Shown here: positions 21,348 to 31,369 of the stretch, one piece after another
Position numbering within the stretch: the stretch's first letter is position 1
How the letters are laid out: every line of letters begins with the position of its first letter
Source: Candidatus Eiseniibacteriota bacterium
GTDB taxonomy: Bacteria; Eisenbacteria; RBG-16-71-46; JABDJR01
DNA length: 64,000 bases
Direction: 5' to 3'
Assembly: GCA_963783375.1 (NCBI GenBank)
Contig: CAWANH010000028.1
Coordinates: 1,856,001 to 1,920,000 of the forward strand
Position numbers and translations under genes: made by a program
The notes under the pieces: model-generated
What the model was told of the DNA's origin: nothing
The model's database searches: none
The model's input: the letters and a program-made list of their open reading frames with translations, nothing else

Positions 21348-23195
21348 ATGGATCCCGGGACCCCGGCCTCGCGCCAGGGCATGGACGTGGACGTGGTCTG
21401 CGTGGGCTTCGGCCCCGCCACCGGCGGGTTTCTCACCACCCTGACCCGGGCCATGGCCGATCCCGGGAACGCAAGCGCGCTTCAGAGCCGCGTCATGCCC
21501 GGGATGCCGCTCCAGGTTCTCTGCTACGAGCGGGCCGACGATCTGGGCTTCGGGGTCTCGGGGGTGGTGACCCGGGCGCGCGGGATTCGCGCGTCGTTCC
21601 CCGATCTCGTCCCCGCCGACATTCCCATGGCCCACCCGGTGACCGGGGAGAAGGTCGTCTACCTGATGGATCCGGTGGGAGCGAGCCGTCGATCGCGGAC
21701 GCTCAGGACCGTGGACGCCGCGCTCCGTCCCTTCCGGGGCGCCGACCACGCCCTGGAGCTGCCCGTCATCCCCGAGTTCCTGCGGAAGGACGAGGGGATG
21801 CTGCTCTCCATCGGGCAGTTCAACCAGTGGGTGGCGTCGAACCTCATGGCGTCGGGTCTGGTGCAGCTCTGGCCGGGGATGCCGGTGGCCGAGCCCCTCA
21901 TCGAAGACGAGAAGGTGATCGGGGTGCGACTGGCCGACCAGGGGACCGATCGGCGCGGCCGGCCCGAGGCCGGGTACCTGCCGGGCATGGATATCCGGGC
22001 CGGACTCACCGTGGTGGGGGACGGTCCGGTGGGGCCGGTGGGGCAGAAGCTCGAGGCGCACTTCGGAATGCCCGAGGGGAAGCACCACCGCGACTGGGCG
22101 GTGGGGATGAAGATGGTGCTGGAGCTTCCCCCGGGATCCCCGCTCGCGCCGGGGACGGTGATCCACACCCTGGGCTTTCCCGAGCCGGAGATCTTCGGCT
22201 TCCTCTACGTCTACCCGGGGGGGATGGCGTCGGCGGGGATCTTCGTTCCCTCCTGGCTCCGGAGTCCGGTTCGCACCGCCTACCGCACCCTCCAGCACTG
22301 GATGCGCCACCCGTACCTGTGGCAGCGGCTGGAGGGGGGCGCCATGCGCTCCTGGGGAGCCAAGACGCTGGCCGAATCCGGACGGCGGGGGGAGCCGCGC
22401 CTGGCCGGAGACGGCTACGCCCGGATCGGCGAGGGCTCCGGGAGCACCAACGTGCTCACCGGTTCCGGGGTGGACGAGGCGTGGACCACCGGGGTTCAGC
22501 TCGCCGAGGGGGTGATCGAACTCCTCGCCGCCGGGAAGCCGTTCACCCGGGAGAACCTGGAAGCGACCTACGTGCGCCGGCGGCGGGACAGCTGGGTGGA
22601 GGCGGAGGCCCGGACCGCGGAACGAGCCCGGGACGGGTTTCAGCGCGGAGTGGTCCAGGGACTCATGGGCATGGGGCTCACCGGCGTCACCGGTGGCCGG
22701 CTCGCCATCGGCTCCACGCCGAAGCGTCCTCACGAGCATGTCCCCCGGCTCGAGGAGTACGTCCGGGAGTGGATCCCCGCCGGGAAGCTGGAGCGGATCC
22801 GAGCGGAGAGCGCGGCCTCGGGAACGCCGCTTCGCGATTCGGTGATGGCCGCGGCGGGCTGGCCGGAAGTCCCCCTGGACGGAAAGCTGCTGGTCACCCA
22901 CCAGGATGCGCTCCTCATGGGGGGAAAGGTCCAGGCCGCTCCCGGCTACGCCGACCACGTGACCTTTGCCGACCCCGGCCTGTGCGAGTCCTGCGGGGAG
23001 AAGCTCTGCATCGAGATGTGCTCGGGCCAGGCGCTCACTCCCGGGGAGCATGGGGTGCCCCGCTTCGACCGCGAGAAGTGCGTCCACTGCGGCGCGTGCC
23101 TCTGGAACTGCTCGAAGCCCCGGCCCGGGGACCCCGAACGGGGGAACATCGAGTTCGGGGCGGGCGCCGGCGGCCTGCACTCCGCCGAGAACTGA
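21348..23195 (+). CDS. ETF:quinone oxidoreductase-like FixC-FixX fusion (FAD + 4Fe-4S)
   Basis: DVVCVGFGPA FAD loop, 'WGAKTL.E.G', and C-terminal ferredoxin CESC..KLCIEMC / CVHCGACLWNC. Confidence 0.8.
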   Translation: MDPGTPASRQGMDVDVVCVGFGPATGGFLTTLTRAMADPGNASALQSRVMPGMPLQVLCYERADDLGFGVSGVVTRARGIRASFPDLVPADIPMAHPVTGEKVVYLMDPVGASRRSRTLRTVDAALRPFRGADHALELPVIPEFLRKDEGMLLSIGQFNQWVASNLMASGLVQLWPGMPVAEPLIEDEKVIGVRLADQGTDRRGRPEAGYLPGMDIRAGLTVVGDGPVGPVGQKLEAHFGMPEGKHHRDWAVGMKMVLELPPGSPLAPGTVIHTLGFPEPEIFGFLYVYPGGMASAGIFVPSWLRSPVRTAYRTLQHWMRHPYLWQRLEGGAMRSWGAKTLAESGRRGEPRLAGDGYARIGEGSGSTNVLTGSGVDEAWTTGVQLAEGVIELLAAGKPFTRENLEATYVRRRRDSWVEAEARTAERARDGFQRGVVQGLMGMGLTGVTGGRLAIGSTPKRPHEHVPRLEEYVREWIPAGKLERIRAESAASGTPLRDSVMAAAGWPEVPLDGKLLVTHQDALLMGGKVQAAPGYADHVTFADPGLCESCGEKLCIEMCSGQALTPGEHGVPRFDREKCVHCGACLWNCSKPRPGDPERGNIEFGAGAGGLHSAEN

Positions 23196-23262
23196 ACCGG
23201 AGCGGAAGCCGGGCCGATCGCGCCCCGCGCCGTCCGACACCGTCGAGGGAGACCCAAGACCC

Positions 23263-24072
23263 ATGAACGAACCCTTTCACATCGTGGTGTGCGGGAGCCT
23301 GGTGCCCGACCCGCTCCAGACCCTGGAGCCGGTCATGGGGCCCCAGGGGCCCGGCCTGAAGAACGAGATGATGCTCCCCTCGGTGCTCGACCCCTGGGCC
23401 GGTCACGCCCTCTACGAGGCCGCGCACCTGGCCGCCAAGCACCCCGGAAGCCGGGTGTGGCTGGTGAGTCTCGGCCCCAGGGCCAAGCTCCAGCAGCTCA
23501 TGATGAGCGTGGCCCAGAAGGTCCCCTTCGAGCTGGTGGCCCTGGACGGACCCGCCGGGGGATTCACCGACGCCCACCAGACCGCCGCCGCCCTGGCCGG
23601 GGCCATCGGCGACATCGCGGGGCTCGACCGCGAGCGAATGCTCCTCTTCGGAGGCTGCGCCTCCGCGTCCCGCGACGCCGGGGTCACCCTGTCGATGGTG
23701 GGGGAGCGGTTGGGGATCACCGACCAGTTCCTGGCCGTGGACGAGCTCACGGTGGAGCCCGCGGGTTCGCTTCGGGTGAAGGAGCGGATCGAGGGGGGGC
23801 GCTACCTGGCCTCGGAGTGCGCGGGACCGCCCGCGGTGCTGGCCTGGGCCACCGGGTCGCTCCCCGAGCCGGCCAACAATCCCCAGGTCGGGATGCAGAA
23901 CATGCGCCTCCTCATGCCCGCGCTCCAGAAGGCGACGCCGGTGGCGCCGGCGCCGGGCGGGGCGACGTTCCTGGAGGTGGAGCTTCCCCGGGGGAAGCGG
24001 GAGACGCGGGTGGTGAGCGACCTTCCGGTCGAGGAGATCGCCCGGGAAATCGTGGACTGGATCCAGAGCTGA
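23263..24072 (+). CDS. etfB: Electron transfer flavoprotein beta subunit (divergent)
   Basis: IVVCGSLVPDP, LDPW...ALYEA, 'SRDAG...MVGERLG', 'ERIEGG'. Confidence 0.75.
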   Translation: MNEPFHIVVCGSLVPDPLQTLEPVMGPQGPGLKNEMMLPSVLDPWAGHALYEAAHLAAKHPGSRVWLVSLGPRAKLQQLMMSVAQKVPFELVALDGPAGGFTDAHQTAAALAGAIGDIAGLDRERMLLFGGCASASRDAGVTLSMVGERLGITDQFLAVDELTVEPAGSLRVKERIEGGRYLASECAGPPAVLAWATGSLPEPANNPQVGMQNMRLLMPALQKATPVAPAPGGATFLEVELPRGKRETRVVSDLPVEEIAREIVDWIQS

Positions 24073-24082
24073 GGAGAACGCG

Positions 24083-25120
24083 ATGTCGAACGAGAAGATC
24101 CTGATCCTGGTCCACACCGATTCCGACGGGACCCTGCCGCGAATCGCGCGGGAAGCGGTCGGCGGGGGGCGGGAGCTGGCGGGCGCCCTGGGGGCCGGCT
24201 TCGTTCTGGGGGTGATCGGGGCGCGGGTCCGCGAAGCGGCGGACGAGTTGGCGGGGGCGGGCGCCGCGGAGATCCTGGCGGTCACCGGGCCCGATTTCGA
24301 GGCCTCGAGGTATGCGAGCGACGCGGCCGCGGTCGAGGCGCTGGCCCGGGAGGCGGAGGCGACGATCGTCCTCGCCCCGGCCACCGCGCGGTTCTCCCGG
24401 GCGCTTCCCGGAGCGGCGGAGCGGCTCGGCGGGCGGATCGACACCCGGGTGGCGGCGATCGCCGCGGTCGAGGGCCAGGTGCGAATCCAGCGCTGGTTCT
24501 ACCGGCAGCGGATGCTCGGCACGCTGACCCGTTCCGAGCGGCCCTGGTTGCTGGCGGTGGACGGAGGCGGATTCGCGCCCTTCGAGGGCGAGCCGGGCCG
24601 GGCCGCGCTCCGCGAGATCCCGGTGGCGCTCCCGGAAGGCGCGCGGCGCACCGCGGTGACCGGAGAGGTGGCCGCGGGTTCCGGGGCCTCCACCATCCGC
24701 CCCGACGCCCCGCTCCTCTTCGTGGCCGGCGCGGGATGGATGAAGCGGCAGGCCGACGGAGCCGCCCACGTCAAGGACGCCGAGGGGCTGATCCGGAGCT
24801 TCCTGGACCGGAGCCAGGCGTCCTTGGGGAGCAGCAAGTCCCTGGTGGACCAGACCGGCGACGGGGGGGAGGTCATCTCCTTCATGAGCCACCTGAACCA
24901 GGTGGGGCAGACCGGTTCGAGTCCGCGCCATCCCAAGGGTCTCGCCACCTGCTGCCACGGCGAGGAGCCGCACGTCGTCGGCTGGCGGTTCGTGCGGGAG
25001 CGCCGGGCGGTGAACCTCGACCCGGGCTGCGGTTGGGCGCGGGGAAAGGCCGACGTGGTCTACGTGGCCGACGCCTTCCAGGTCATGGCGAAGGTGAACG
25101 AGCTCCTCGCCGAAAGCTGA
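24083..25120 (+). CDS. etfA: Electron transfer flavoprotein alpha subunit (divergent)
   Basis: ILILVH, 'LFVAGAG', 'LGSSKSLVD', NQVGQTG, 'AVNLDP', 'KADVVYVADAF'. Confidence 0.8.
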   Translation: MSNEKILILVHTDSDGTLPRIAREAVGGGRELAGALGAGFVLGVIGARVREAADELAGAGAAEILAVTGPDFEASRYASDAAAVEALAREAEATIVLAPATARFSRALPGAAERLGGRIDTRVAAIAAVEGQVRIQRWFYRQRMLGTLTRSERPWLLAVDGGGFAPFEGEPGRAALREIPVALPEGARRTAVTGEVAAGSGASTIRPDAPLLFVAGAGWMKRQADGAAHVKDAEGLIRSFLDRSQASLGSSKSLVDQTGDGGEVISFMSHLNQVGQTGSSPRHPKGLATCCHGEEPHVVGWRFVRERRAVNLDPGCGWARGKADVVYVADAFQVMAKVNELLAES

Positions 25121-25191
25121 CCGCCTCGCTCACGAAGCGGCTGGAGAAGCTACCGGCCCGGTGCGCGCCCGCGGAGGCTCCGGCGCGGGAG

Positions 25192-25656
25192 CTACCACCG
25201 ATGGTAGGCGGGATGGCCGGGCTTCACCGCCACGAACACTCCGCGGCAGGTGTCGCACACCTTGCCGCCGGCCTCCAGCGACGCCTCCACCACCGCGCGA
25301 TCCCCCGAGGACTCGACCACCCGGGCCCTGAGGGTCAGCGGTCCGTCCGAGGGCGTGGGGCGGAGCAGCTTCACCGCGAACTCCGCGGTCACCGTGCAGG
25401 GAGGGGCGTCGTCCCCTGCCTTCTCCATCAGATGGATGGCCGCGCACCAGTTGGAGTGGCAGTCGAGCAGCGTCCCGATGATCCCGCCGCTCACCACGTT
25501 CTCGAAGGCCTCGTGGTGCTTCTCCGCCCGGAAGATCGCGGTGAGCGCATCCCCGTCCCGGAAGCTCCGGATGCGAAGTCCCTTGGGATTGGCGGGGCCG
25601 CAGCCGAAACAGGCGTTCTGGGGGGCGTAGCGTTCCTGGACGCTCTGCTCAGTCAT
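25192..25656 (-). CDS. PaaI/hotdog-fold thioesterase
   Basis: CFGCGPANPKGL, 'SGGIIGTLLDCH', 'VTAEFAVKLLRPTP'. Confidence 0.88.
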   Translation of the reverse strand: MTEQSVQERYAPQNACFGCGPANPKGLRIRSFRDGDALTAIFRAEKHHEAFENVVSGGIIGTLLDCHSNWCAAIHLMEKAGDDAPPCTVTAEFAVKLLRPTPSDGPLTLRARVVESSGDRAVVEASLEAGGKVCDTCRGVFVAVKPGHPAYHRW

Positions 25657-25879
25657 GGTGGAACTCCTCTCGGGCCGTCAAGGGTATCGGTCCATGGGGA
25701 AGAGTGTACCAGCGGCGGCGAAACGGCCTCCACCGCCGAGTCCGCCGGCCCGGTTTCGCCGCCGGTACGGGCCCTCGCGGCACGGTATGAACTTCACTTC
25801 CAGAAGTCCGACCTGTTCGTGAACCGGGACCGCACCGGCCGCGTGAGTTCCCTCCCGCCTTGAGGTAGGATGTCGAGCC

Positions 25880-28825
25880 ATGCGCAGGGGGATCCTCATC
25901 GCCGCACTTCTCTCCTTCGTCCTTGCACCGAGTCCGGCCCCGGCCGCGGACCTGCACGTCATCCTCCCCCGGAGTCCCGACGACTGGAAGGTCGTGAGCA
26001 ATCAGGGGGACGTGAACTACCGGATCCGCATGGAGACCGTGAGGGGCTACCCGGATTCGGTATGGGCTTTCGAGACGGAGACCGACCCCCAGTGGGGTCA
26101 CGAGATCAGTTTCCGCTACGATTTCGCGGAACACGGGATCCCGGTCCAGGCGATTGCCGACGCCGAGTTCTGGCGATGGTACTGGTACGTCCGGAACCGG
26201 GCCACGGCCGACTTCGTCAGCATCACGCTATACGATCACGAGGGACACGGGGTGTCTCTCGCCACAACGCCTGCCCAGTACGATTACCGTGCGCTGACCC
26301 TGGTCTTTCCCGATCGCTACCGGGAAGCCCACATGACCCTCCGGGAGACCTACGAATTCAGGCTCCGCACCCACGCCCTCTTTGACTCGCTCCTCGACGT
26401 GGCCGGAATCGATCTCGGGCTCCACGAGCCGGTCGACCAGACGGTGCTCCTGGGTCCGATCTCCTTTGGGCCCGCCCCGGCCGGGCCGATTCCCCCCTCT
26501 CCCCGCGCGCTCCTGCACCGCACCGAGGAGAGCAAGTTCCTGTGCGCCGATCTGGACCGGGACGGCGTGGTCGAGGTCCTGACCCCGTGGACGGCGGGAG
26601 GGAAGCTCTGGCGCTACGACGCGGGGAGCCGCCGGTTCCGCCAGGAGGAGCGAGAGGATCCGTTGAACCGGCCGGAGCCCTTTCACCTGATGGCGGCGGG
26701 GGACCTGGACGGCGACGGGGATCTGGATCTGGTGACGGTGGATCCCGACGACGTCACCCTGCGCGTGCTCCATCGCCGCCGCTTCGGATGGTCCCAGGAT
26801 ACCTTGCACGTGCCGCTCCCCGAGCCGGCGGCGATCCTGACCTGCATGGCCCTGGCCGACGACGACGGGGACGGGCGGCTGGACCTCTTCCTCGGCTATC
26901 ACCTCATCGGTTCCACGGTCACGGGGCGGGTGTTCCGTCTCGGCGGCGGCAAGGGGGGAGGGTTCGGACGGCCCCGGGACATCCCCGCCACGGCCGGCGC
27001 CACCGGCTGGGGGGTCTACGAGATCGAGCTGGCCGACATGGACGGAGACGGCGCCCTGGACCTGATCGGCGGGTCCGGCGGGAAAGGAGCCTACGTCTAC
27101 CCCGGCGACGGATCGGGCGGGTACGGGGAAGGGCACCTCCTGGACCGGCTCTACGGTTCGGGCTTCCTCCGCGGGTTTCATCTGGCCGACGTGAACGGGG
27201 ACGGCCTCCTCGACGTCTTCGTCGGCCTGTACAACAACTCGGGGCGGGCCGGGGAGACCGGCGAGAACCGGCTCTGGCTGAACGAGGGGGGATTCCGGTT
27301 CCGGAACGTCGCAGGCGAGGCGGGGGTGACCGGTATCCGCTGGACCGATGACGCCGCCTTCGCCGATATCGACGGCCACCCCGGACCGGAGCTGGTGGTG
27401 CTGGATGACGAGGAGATCACCGCCTACGACCTCACGCCCCTGGCCGGGTACGACGCATCGGGGGACGAGCCGGCCCCCAGGGTGCGGCACCGGGTTCTCT
27501 ACGACAACTCCGAGGTCACGGCCTCGTCCCGGTACATCGCCTGCCAGGATCTCGACGGAGACGGCCGGGTGGAGCTCATCCTGTCCCGGGACAACGGCCC
27601 TCTGGTGGTGCCGCTCCCGGACTCCGGTCCGGTGCGGAGCGTGGAGGTGGCCGGACTGGGACCGGGGGGAAACGGTTTCGGGGACGTGATCCGGGGGGAC
27701 GGGGCCCGCCCGTGGGCCCTCCCCGTCCTCTCCACCCAGCGGCTGGGACCGGTTCCGTTCCTGGTGGCGGCGGACGAGCCGGTGTCGCTGAGCCCGGGGC
27801 CGGCGCGGAGGTCTCCCGCGCGCCTGCTCCGGGCCGGATCCCGAGAGGTGCTGCGCCCCGCCGGCCGGACCGGTTGGCGCGCCCGGTTGCGCTGGCAGAC
27901 GCCCACGCTGTGGGAGTACCCGGTTCTGGCCTCCCGGCGCCCGGGGGTCCGGGCGGCGTTCGCCGTCATCCTGATCGGGGCTCTGGGAGTCCTGGCCGTG
28001 CACCTCCGGCGTCGGCTGGGGCCGAGCAGGGAGGAGCGTTGGCGGGTTCTCCTCGCCCGGGTCGGGTTCTCGAGCCACGCGGCCTGGCGCACCGGGCTCA
28101 ACCACTTCGTGCGGGCCGCGAACCAGATCCAGGAGGAGAACGACGGAGACGGTCCCCTCCCGGAGGACCAGCAGGCCCGTTTGCGGGAGCTGCTTCCCCC
28201 CGAGTTGCTCCGGACCCTCGGGGAGGCGGTGGAGACCGCCGCCTCCCTCGATGTGGAGGGGGCGCGCTCGGCCGGGCGGGCGCTCGACGAGCTGGATCGG
28301 ATCCATCGCGGCCCCGTCTCCGCCCCCGACCGGCTGGCGGAGGCCGGGCGCACGCTCGTCTCCTCCTTCGGCCTCATGCAGCGGACCCTGGCCGGACGGT
28401 TCTCCTGCGAACCGCAGCCGGTGCTCGATCGGGTGCGGCGTTTCCGTTTCCAGGATGGCGAGGCCCCGCGCATCGAGTGGGGAGGAGGCCCCCCGGACCT
28501 CATCCGCCGCTTTCCGATCGGAGCCGAGGACCTGTTCGCCTGCCTGGACGAGCTGATCCGGAACGCCGGCAAGAAGGTCCCGGTTCCCACCCGAATCGGG
28601 GTGACGGTCCGCGCCCGGGGAGACAAGGTGGCGGTTCTGGAGGTGCACGACGACGGCGGGAGCCTGGAGTCGGAGCGTCGCCGCAGCGACCGGCAGGGGA
28701 CCCGGACCGGCGTCCAGCGGATCGACGATCTTCTCCGCCCCTACGGCGGACGTCTGGAACTCGAGGACGCCGAGGGGGGAGGAGTCCTGGCCCGGGTCCT
28801 CGTGCCGCGGTTCGACCTGGATTGA
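25880..28825 (+). CDS. Membrane sensor: FG-GAP/VCBS propeller + TM + HATPase_c-like domain
   Basis: Signal peptide; seven DxDxDG-type motifs; TM AAFAVILIGALGVLAV; C-terminal ELIRNA, VHDDGG, GGRLELEDAEGGGVLARV. Confidence 0.7.
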   Translation: MRRGILIAALLSFVLAPSPAPAADLHVILPRSPDDWKVVSNQGDVNYRIRMETVRGYPDSVWAFETETDPQWGHEISFRYDFAEHGIPVQAIADAEFWRWYWYVRNRATADFVSITLYDHEGHGVSLATTPAQYDYRALTLVFPDRYREAHMTLRETYEFRLRTHALFDSLLDVAGIDLGLHEPVDQTVLLGPISFGPAPAGPIPPSPRALLHRTEESKFLCADLDRDGVVEVLTPWTAGGKLWRYDAGSRRFRQEEREDPLNRPEPFHLMAAGDLDGDGDLDLVTVDPDDVTLRVLHRRRFGWSQDTLHVPLPEPAAILTCMALADDDGDGRLDLFLGYHLIGSTVTGRVFRLGGGKGGGFGRPRDIPATAGATGWGVYEIELADMDGDGALDLIGGSGGKGAYVYPGDGSGGYGEGHLLDRLYGSGFLRGFHLADVNGDGLLDVFVGLYNNSGRAGETGENRLWLNEGGFRFRNVAGEAGVTGIRWTDDAAFADIDGHPGPELVVLDDEEITAYDLTPLAGYDASGDEPAPRVRHRVLYDNSEVTASSRYIACQDLDGDGRVELILSRDNGPLVVPLPDSGPVRSVEVAGLGPGGNGFGDVIRGDGARPWALPVLSTQRLGPVPFLVAADEPVSLSPGPARRSPARLLRAGSREVLRPAGRTGWRARLRWQTPTLWEYPVLASRRPGVRAAFAVILIGALGVLAVHLRRRLGPSREERWRVLLARVGFSSHAAWRTGLNHFVRAANQIQEENDGDGPLPEDQQARLRELLPPELLRTLGEAVETAASLDVEGARSAGRALDELDRIHRGPVSAPDRLAEAGRTLVSSFGLMQRTLAGRFSCEPQPVLDRVRRFRFQDGEAPRIEWGGGPPDLIRRFPIGAEDLFACLDELIRNAGKKVPVPTRIGVTVRARGDKVAVLEVHDDGGSLESERRRSDRQGTRTGVQRIDDLLRPYGGRLELEDAEGGGVLARVLVPRFDLD

Positions 28826-28861
28826 GCCGGGGCGGGCGGTAGCACACGCCCGCCGGAAGGC

Positions 28862-30046
28862 CTACGAGGGGACCTCGCGTTCCTCCTCTTCCAGGTGGGC
28901 GAAGGTGGGAAGCACCTTCTCGAACACCAGGAGCAGGATGAAGGGGATGACGAGGATCACCACCGCCGCCCCGATACCCTCCTTGTCGAAGAGCCCGGGC
29001 ACGTAGGTCTCCCGGAATCCCCGCATGCTCTTGGAGAACATCTGGCCCCCGATCACCACGTTCCAGCGCATGGCCAGCACCTGCATGAGCAGGAGGAGCG
29101 AGGCCACCATGGTGAGGGTGTTCCGGATGCGCTCGTGCATGTAGCGGTCCAGCAGCACCACGATCATCAGGAGGATGAAGGGGATGAGACCCCCCAGCAC
29201 CATCTGGATGGAGATGAAGGAGATGGAGAGCTGGTGGGTGAGGAGGTGGCTGATGACCTCCCACTCCTCGGCCTTCTCGTAGGCCAGAGTCATGATCTCC
29301 AGGATCTCCAGGGTCAGGGTCATGATGAGGAAGAGCCAGAGCCAGCGGGCCATGGTGGAAATGGCCGGCTGATCCACCGCCCAGCCCTTGAGCTTCATGG
29401 CCACCTGGTAGAGCACGATGAGGAGGGCGATCCCCGACACCATGGCCGAGAAGAGGAAGACCACCGGCATGAGCGGGGTGGACCACCATGGGTTGGCCTT
29501 GAGCGCCCCGAAGAGAAAACCCACGTAACCGTGAAGGAGGCAGGCCATGGGGATGCCCACTGCGGCCAGGACGCGGATGATCTTGTGATCGAACTGCAGC
29601 GCTTCGTCGGAGAGGTCGTAGACCCCCAGGGCGAGGGTCGCGTAGAACCCCCGCTTGAACCCGGTGTTGGCGGCCGCCCTCCGGATGATGTCGGGCCGGA
29701 ACACGAACCATACCTCGAGGAGCAGGATCAGGAAGTAGCTCGCGTAGAGAATGCCGAAGCCGGCCATGGCCGAGGTGAAGTGCGGGGTGACCACGATGTT
29801 GAGGGCCCGTTCCGGATGCCCCAGGTGGTTCAGGAGCGGAAACGTGGCCACCACCAGGAAGCACAGCGCGGTGGCCAGGGCGAATCGCCCCAGCGGCCTC
29901 AACTCCTTCTTGCCGAACACGTGGTACAGCGACGAGACCAGGAAGGCCCCCGCCACCAGCCCGGTGATGTAGGGGTACATCACGATCATCAGGCTCCAGG
30001 CGATGTGGATGTCGTTGGGGAAGAGATAGCCGGTGAGTTCGGGCAT
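28862..30046 (-). CDS. nrfD: NrfD/PsrC family quinol-interacting membrane subunit
   Basis: WSLMIVMYPYITGLVAGAF, HLGHPER, HGYVGFLF, WSTPLMP, RWNVVIGGQ. Start trimmed to MPELTG. Confidence 0.88.
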   Translation of the reverse strand: MPELTGYLFPNDIHIAWSLMIVMYPYITGLVAGAFLVSSLYHVFGKKELRPLGRFALATALCFLVVATFPLLNHLGHPERALNIVVTPHFTSAMAGFGILYASYFLILLLEVWFVFRPDIIRRAAANTGFKRGFYATLALGVYDLSDEALQFDHKIIRVLAAVGIPMACLLHGYVGFLFGALKANPWWSTPLMPVVFLFSAMVSGIALLIVLYQVAMKLKGWAVDQPAISTMARWLWLFLIMTLTLEILEIMTLAYEKAEEWEVISHLLTHQLSISFISIQMVLGGLIPFILLMIVVLLDRYMHERIRNTLTMVASLLLLMQVLAMRWNVVIGGQMFSKSMRGFRETYVPGLFDKEGIGAAVVILVIPFILLLVFEKVLPTFAHLEEEEREVPS

Positions 30047-30048
30047 GA

Positions 30049-30849
30049 CTACCGGACCTCCATGTCCAGCCCCAGGTAGAAGCACTGCGGCTTGGTCAAG
30101 AGTTCGGGCTGAAGGACCAACACGCGCTGGGTGGCCAGGATCTGGTTGATCGGGTCGTCGGAGTTCTTGCGGTCCCCGAAGATGCGCGCCCCCACCGGGC
30201 AAACGGTGACGCAGGCCGGTTTCAGGCCCTTGGTGATCCGGTGGTAGCACCAGGTGCATTTGTCCGCGGTGTGGGTGCGGGGGTCGATGAACCGGCTTCC
30301 GTAGGGGCAGGCCTGGACGCAGTATCCGCATCCGATGCAGCGCTTCTTGTCCACCAGCACCACCCCGTCGCGGGTGGCGTAGGAGGCGCCCACCGGGCAA
30401 ACCTGGGTGCACGGGGTGGCGTCGCAGTGGTTGCAGAGCTTGGGCACGAAGAAGGCCTTGCGGATGATCTTCTCCTGGGTCTCGGACTCGAAACCCTCGG
30501 CTCCACCGTCCGGCGAATCGACGTAGGCCCGGCCCTCGGTGGGGATCTCGTAGCGCTCCACCCAGGTGCGGTACATCCCCTCGGCGACGTCGTTCTCCGC
30601 CCGGCAGGCCCGGACACAGGCCCCACAGCCGATGCACTTGGTGGCGTCCACCAGGTACACCCAGCGGTGCTTGTCCCAGTCGTAGTCCGGGGTCGCCAGG
30701 GCCCGGGCGGATTCGGGAAGGAGAATCCCCAGCACGGTGGAGGCGGCGAGAGCGCCCCCCGCGGCCACCGCCTTCTTCAGGAACTCCCGGCGGGTGGGAT
30801 CGGCCTTGTCCAATCGATCTAGGGTCGCGGCTTTCGGTTCAATGGTCAT
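30049..30849 (-). CDS. nrfC: NrfC/PsrB-type 4x[4Fe-4S] protein with Tat signal
   Basis: TRREFLK; CIGCGACVRAC, CNHCDATPCTQVCP, CIGCGYCVQACP, KCTWC...PACVTVCP. Confidence 0.9.
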   Translation of the reverse strand: MTIEPKAATLDRLDKADPTRREFLKKAVAAGGALAASTVLGILLPESARALATPDYDWDKHRWVYLVDATKCIGCGACVRACRAENDVAEGMYRTWVERYEIPTEGRAYVDSPDGGAEGFESETQEKIIRKAFFVPKLCNHCDATPCTQVCPVGASYATRDGVVLVDKKRCIGCGYCVQACPYGSRFIDPRTHTADKCTWCYHRITKGLKPACVTVCPVGARIFGDRKNSDDPINQILATQRVLVLQPELLTKPQCFYLGLDMEVR

Positions 30850-30880
30850 GGAGCGCTCTCCCTGGGTTCGCCGGTCGGGT

Positions 30881-31369
30881 TCACAGAGGCGAGTGGGGGT
30901 CATGGCAGTCGAAACAGGCCCGGGGGCCCGGCTCCCCTCCCATATCCTCGACGTGTTGCCGGGGCTGGATCTGGGGAAAGCCCTCGGGACGCGCGTTCAG
31001 TTGCTGGTGGCACCGGAGGCAGAAGTCGCTGGACTGGGGCACCGACATTTCGGCCACGACGTCCCCGTCCTTGATGTGCGTGGCCAGGGGGGCGTGACAG
31101 ATCTCGCAGTTCACCTTCTCGTGAACTCCCTGGTCGTGGGCCGAGACCTTGTCGTCGTGGCACTCAACGCACGAGGCGGAGCCGTCCCCATGCCGGACGG
31201 GCAGGGCCCGGTACTCCCCGACGCTGGCCGCGCGATAGGGCCCGTACTTCCCCCAGGTCGGGGGAGTGGCCAGGGAGCGAAGGATGATCAGGGCGACGAC
31301 GCCGAGCAGGAACAGGAACCCCACCCGGAAGACGTGCTTGGAGTGGGCGAGGGGGCTACGAGGATCCAT
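30881..31369 (-). CDS. Membrane-anchored tetraheme cytochrome c
   Basis: N-terminal TM; CVECH, CEICH, CLRCH, CFDCHDPH. Confidence 0.88.
   Translation of the reverse strand: MDPRSPLAHSKHVFRVGFLFLLGVVALIILRSLATPPTWGKYGPYRAASVGEYRALPVRHGDGSASCVECHDDKVSAHDQGVHEKVNCEICHAPLATHIKDGDVVAEMSVPQSSDFCLRCHQQLNARPEGFPQIQPRQHVEDMGGEPGPRACFDCHDPHSPL

Noticed and set aside
28862-30637. 591-aa extended NrfD
   Set aside because: The N-terminal extension overlaps nrfC out of frame; the real start is ATG at 30046, just after the nrfC stop.
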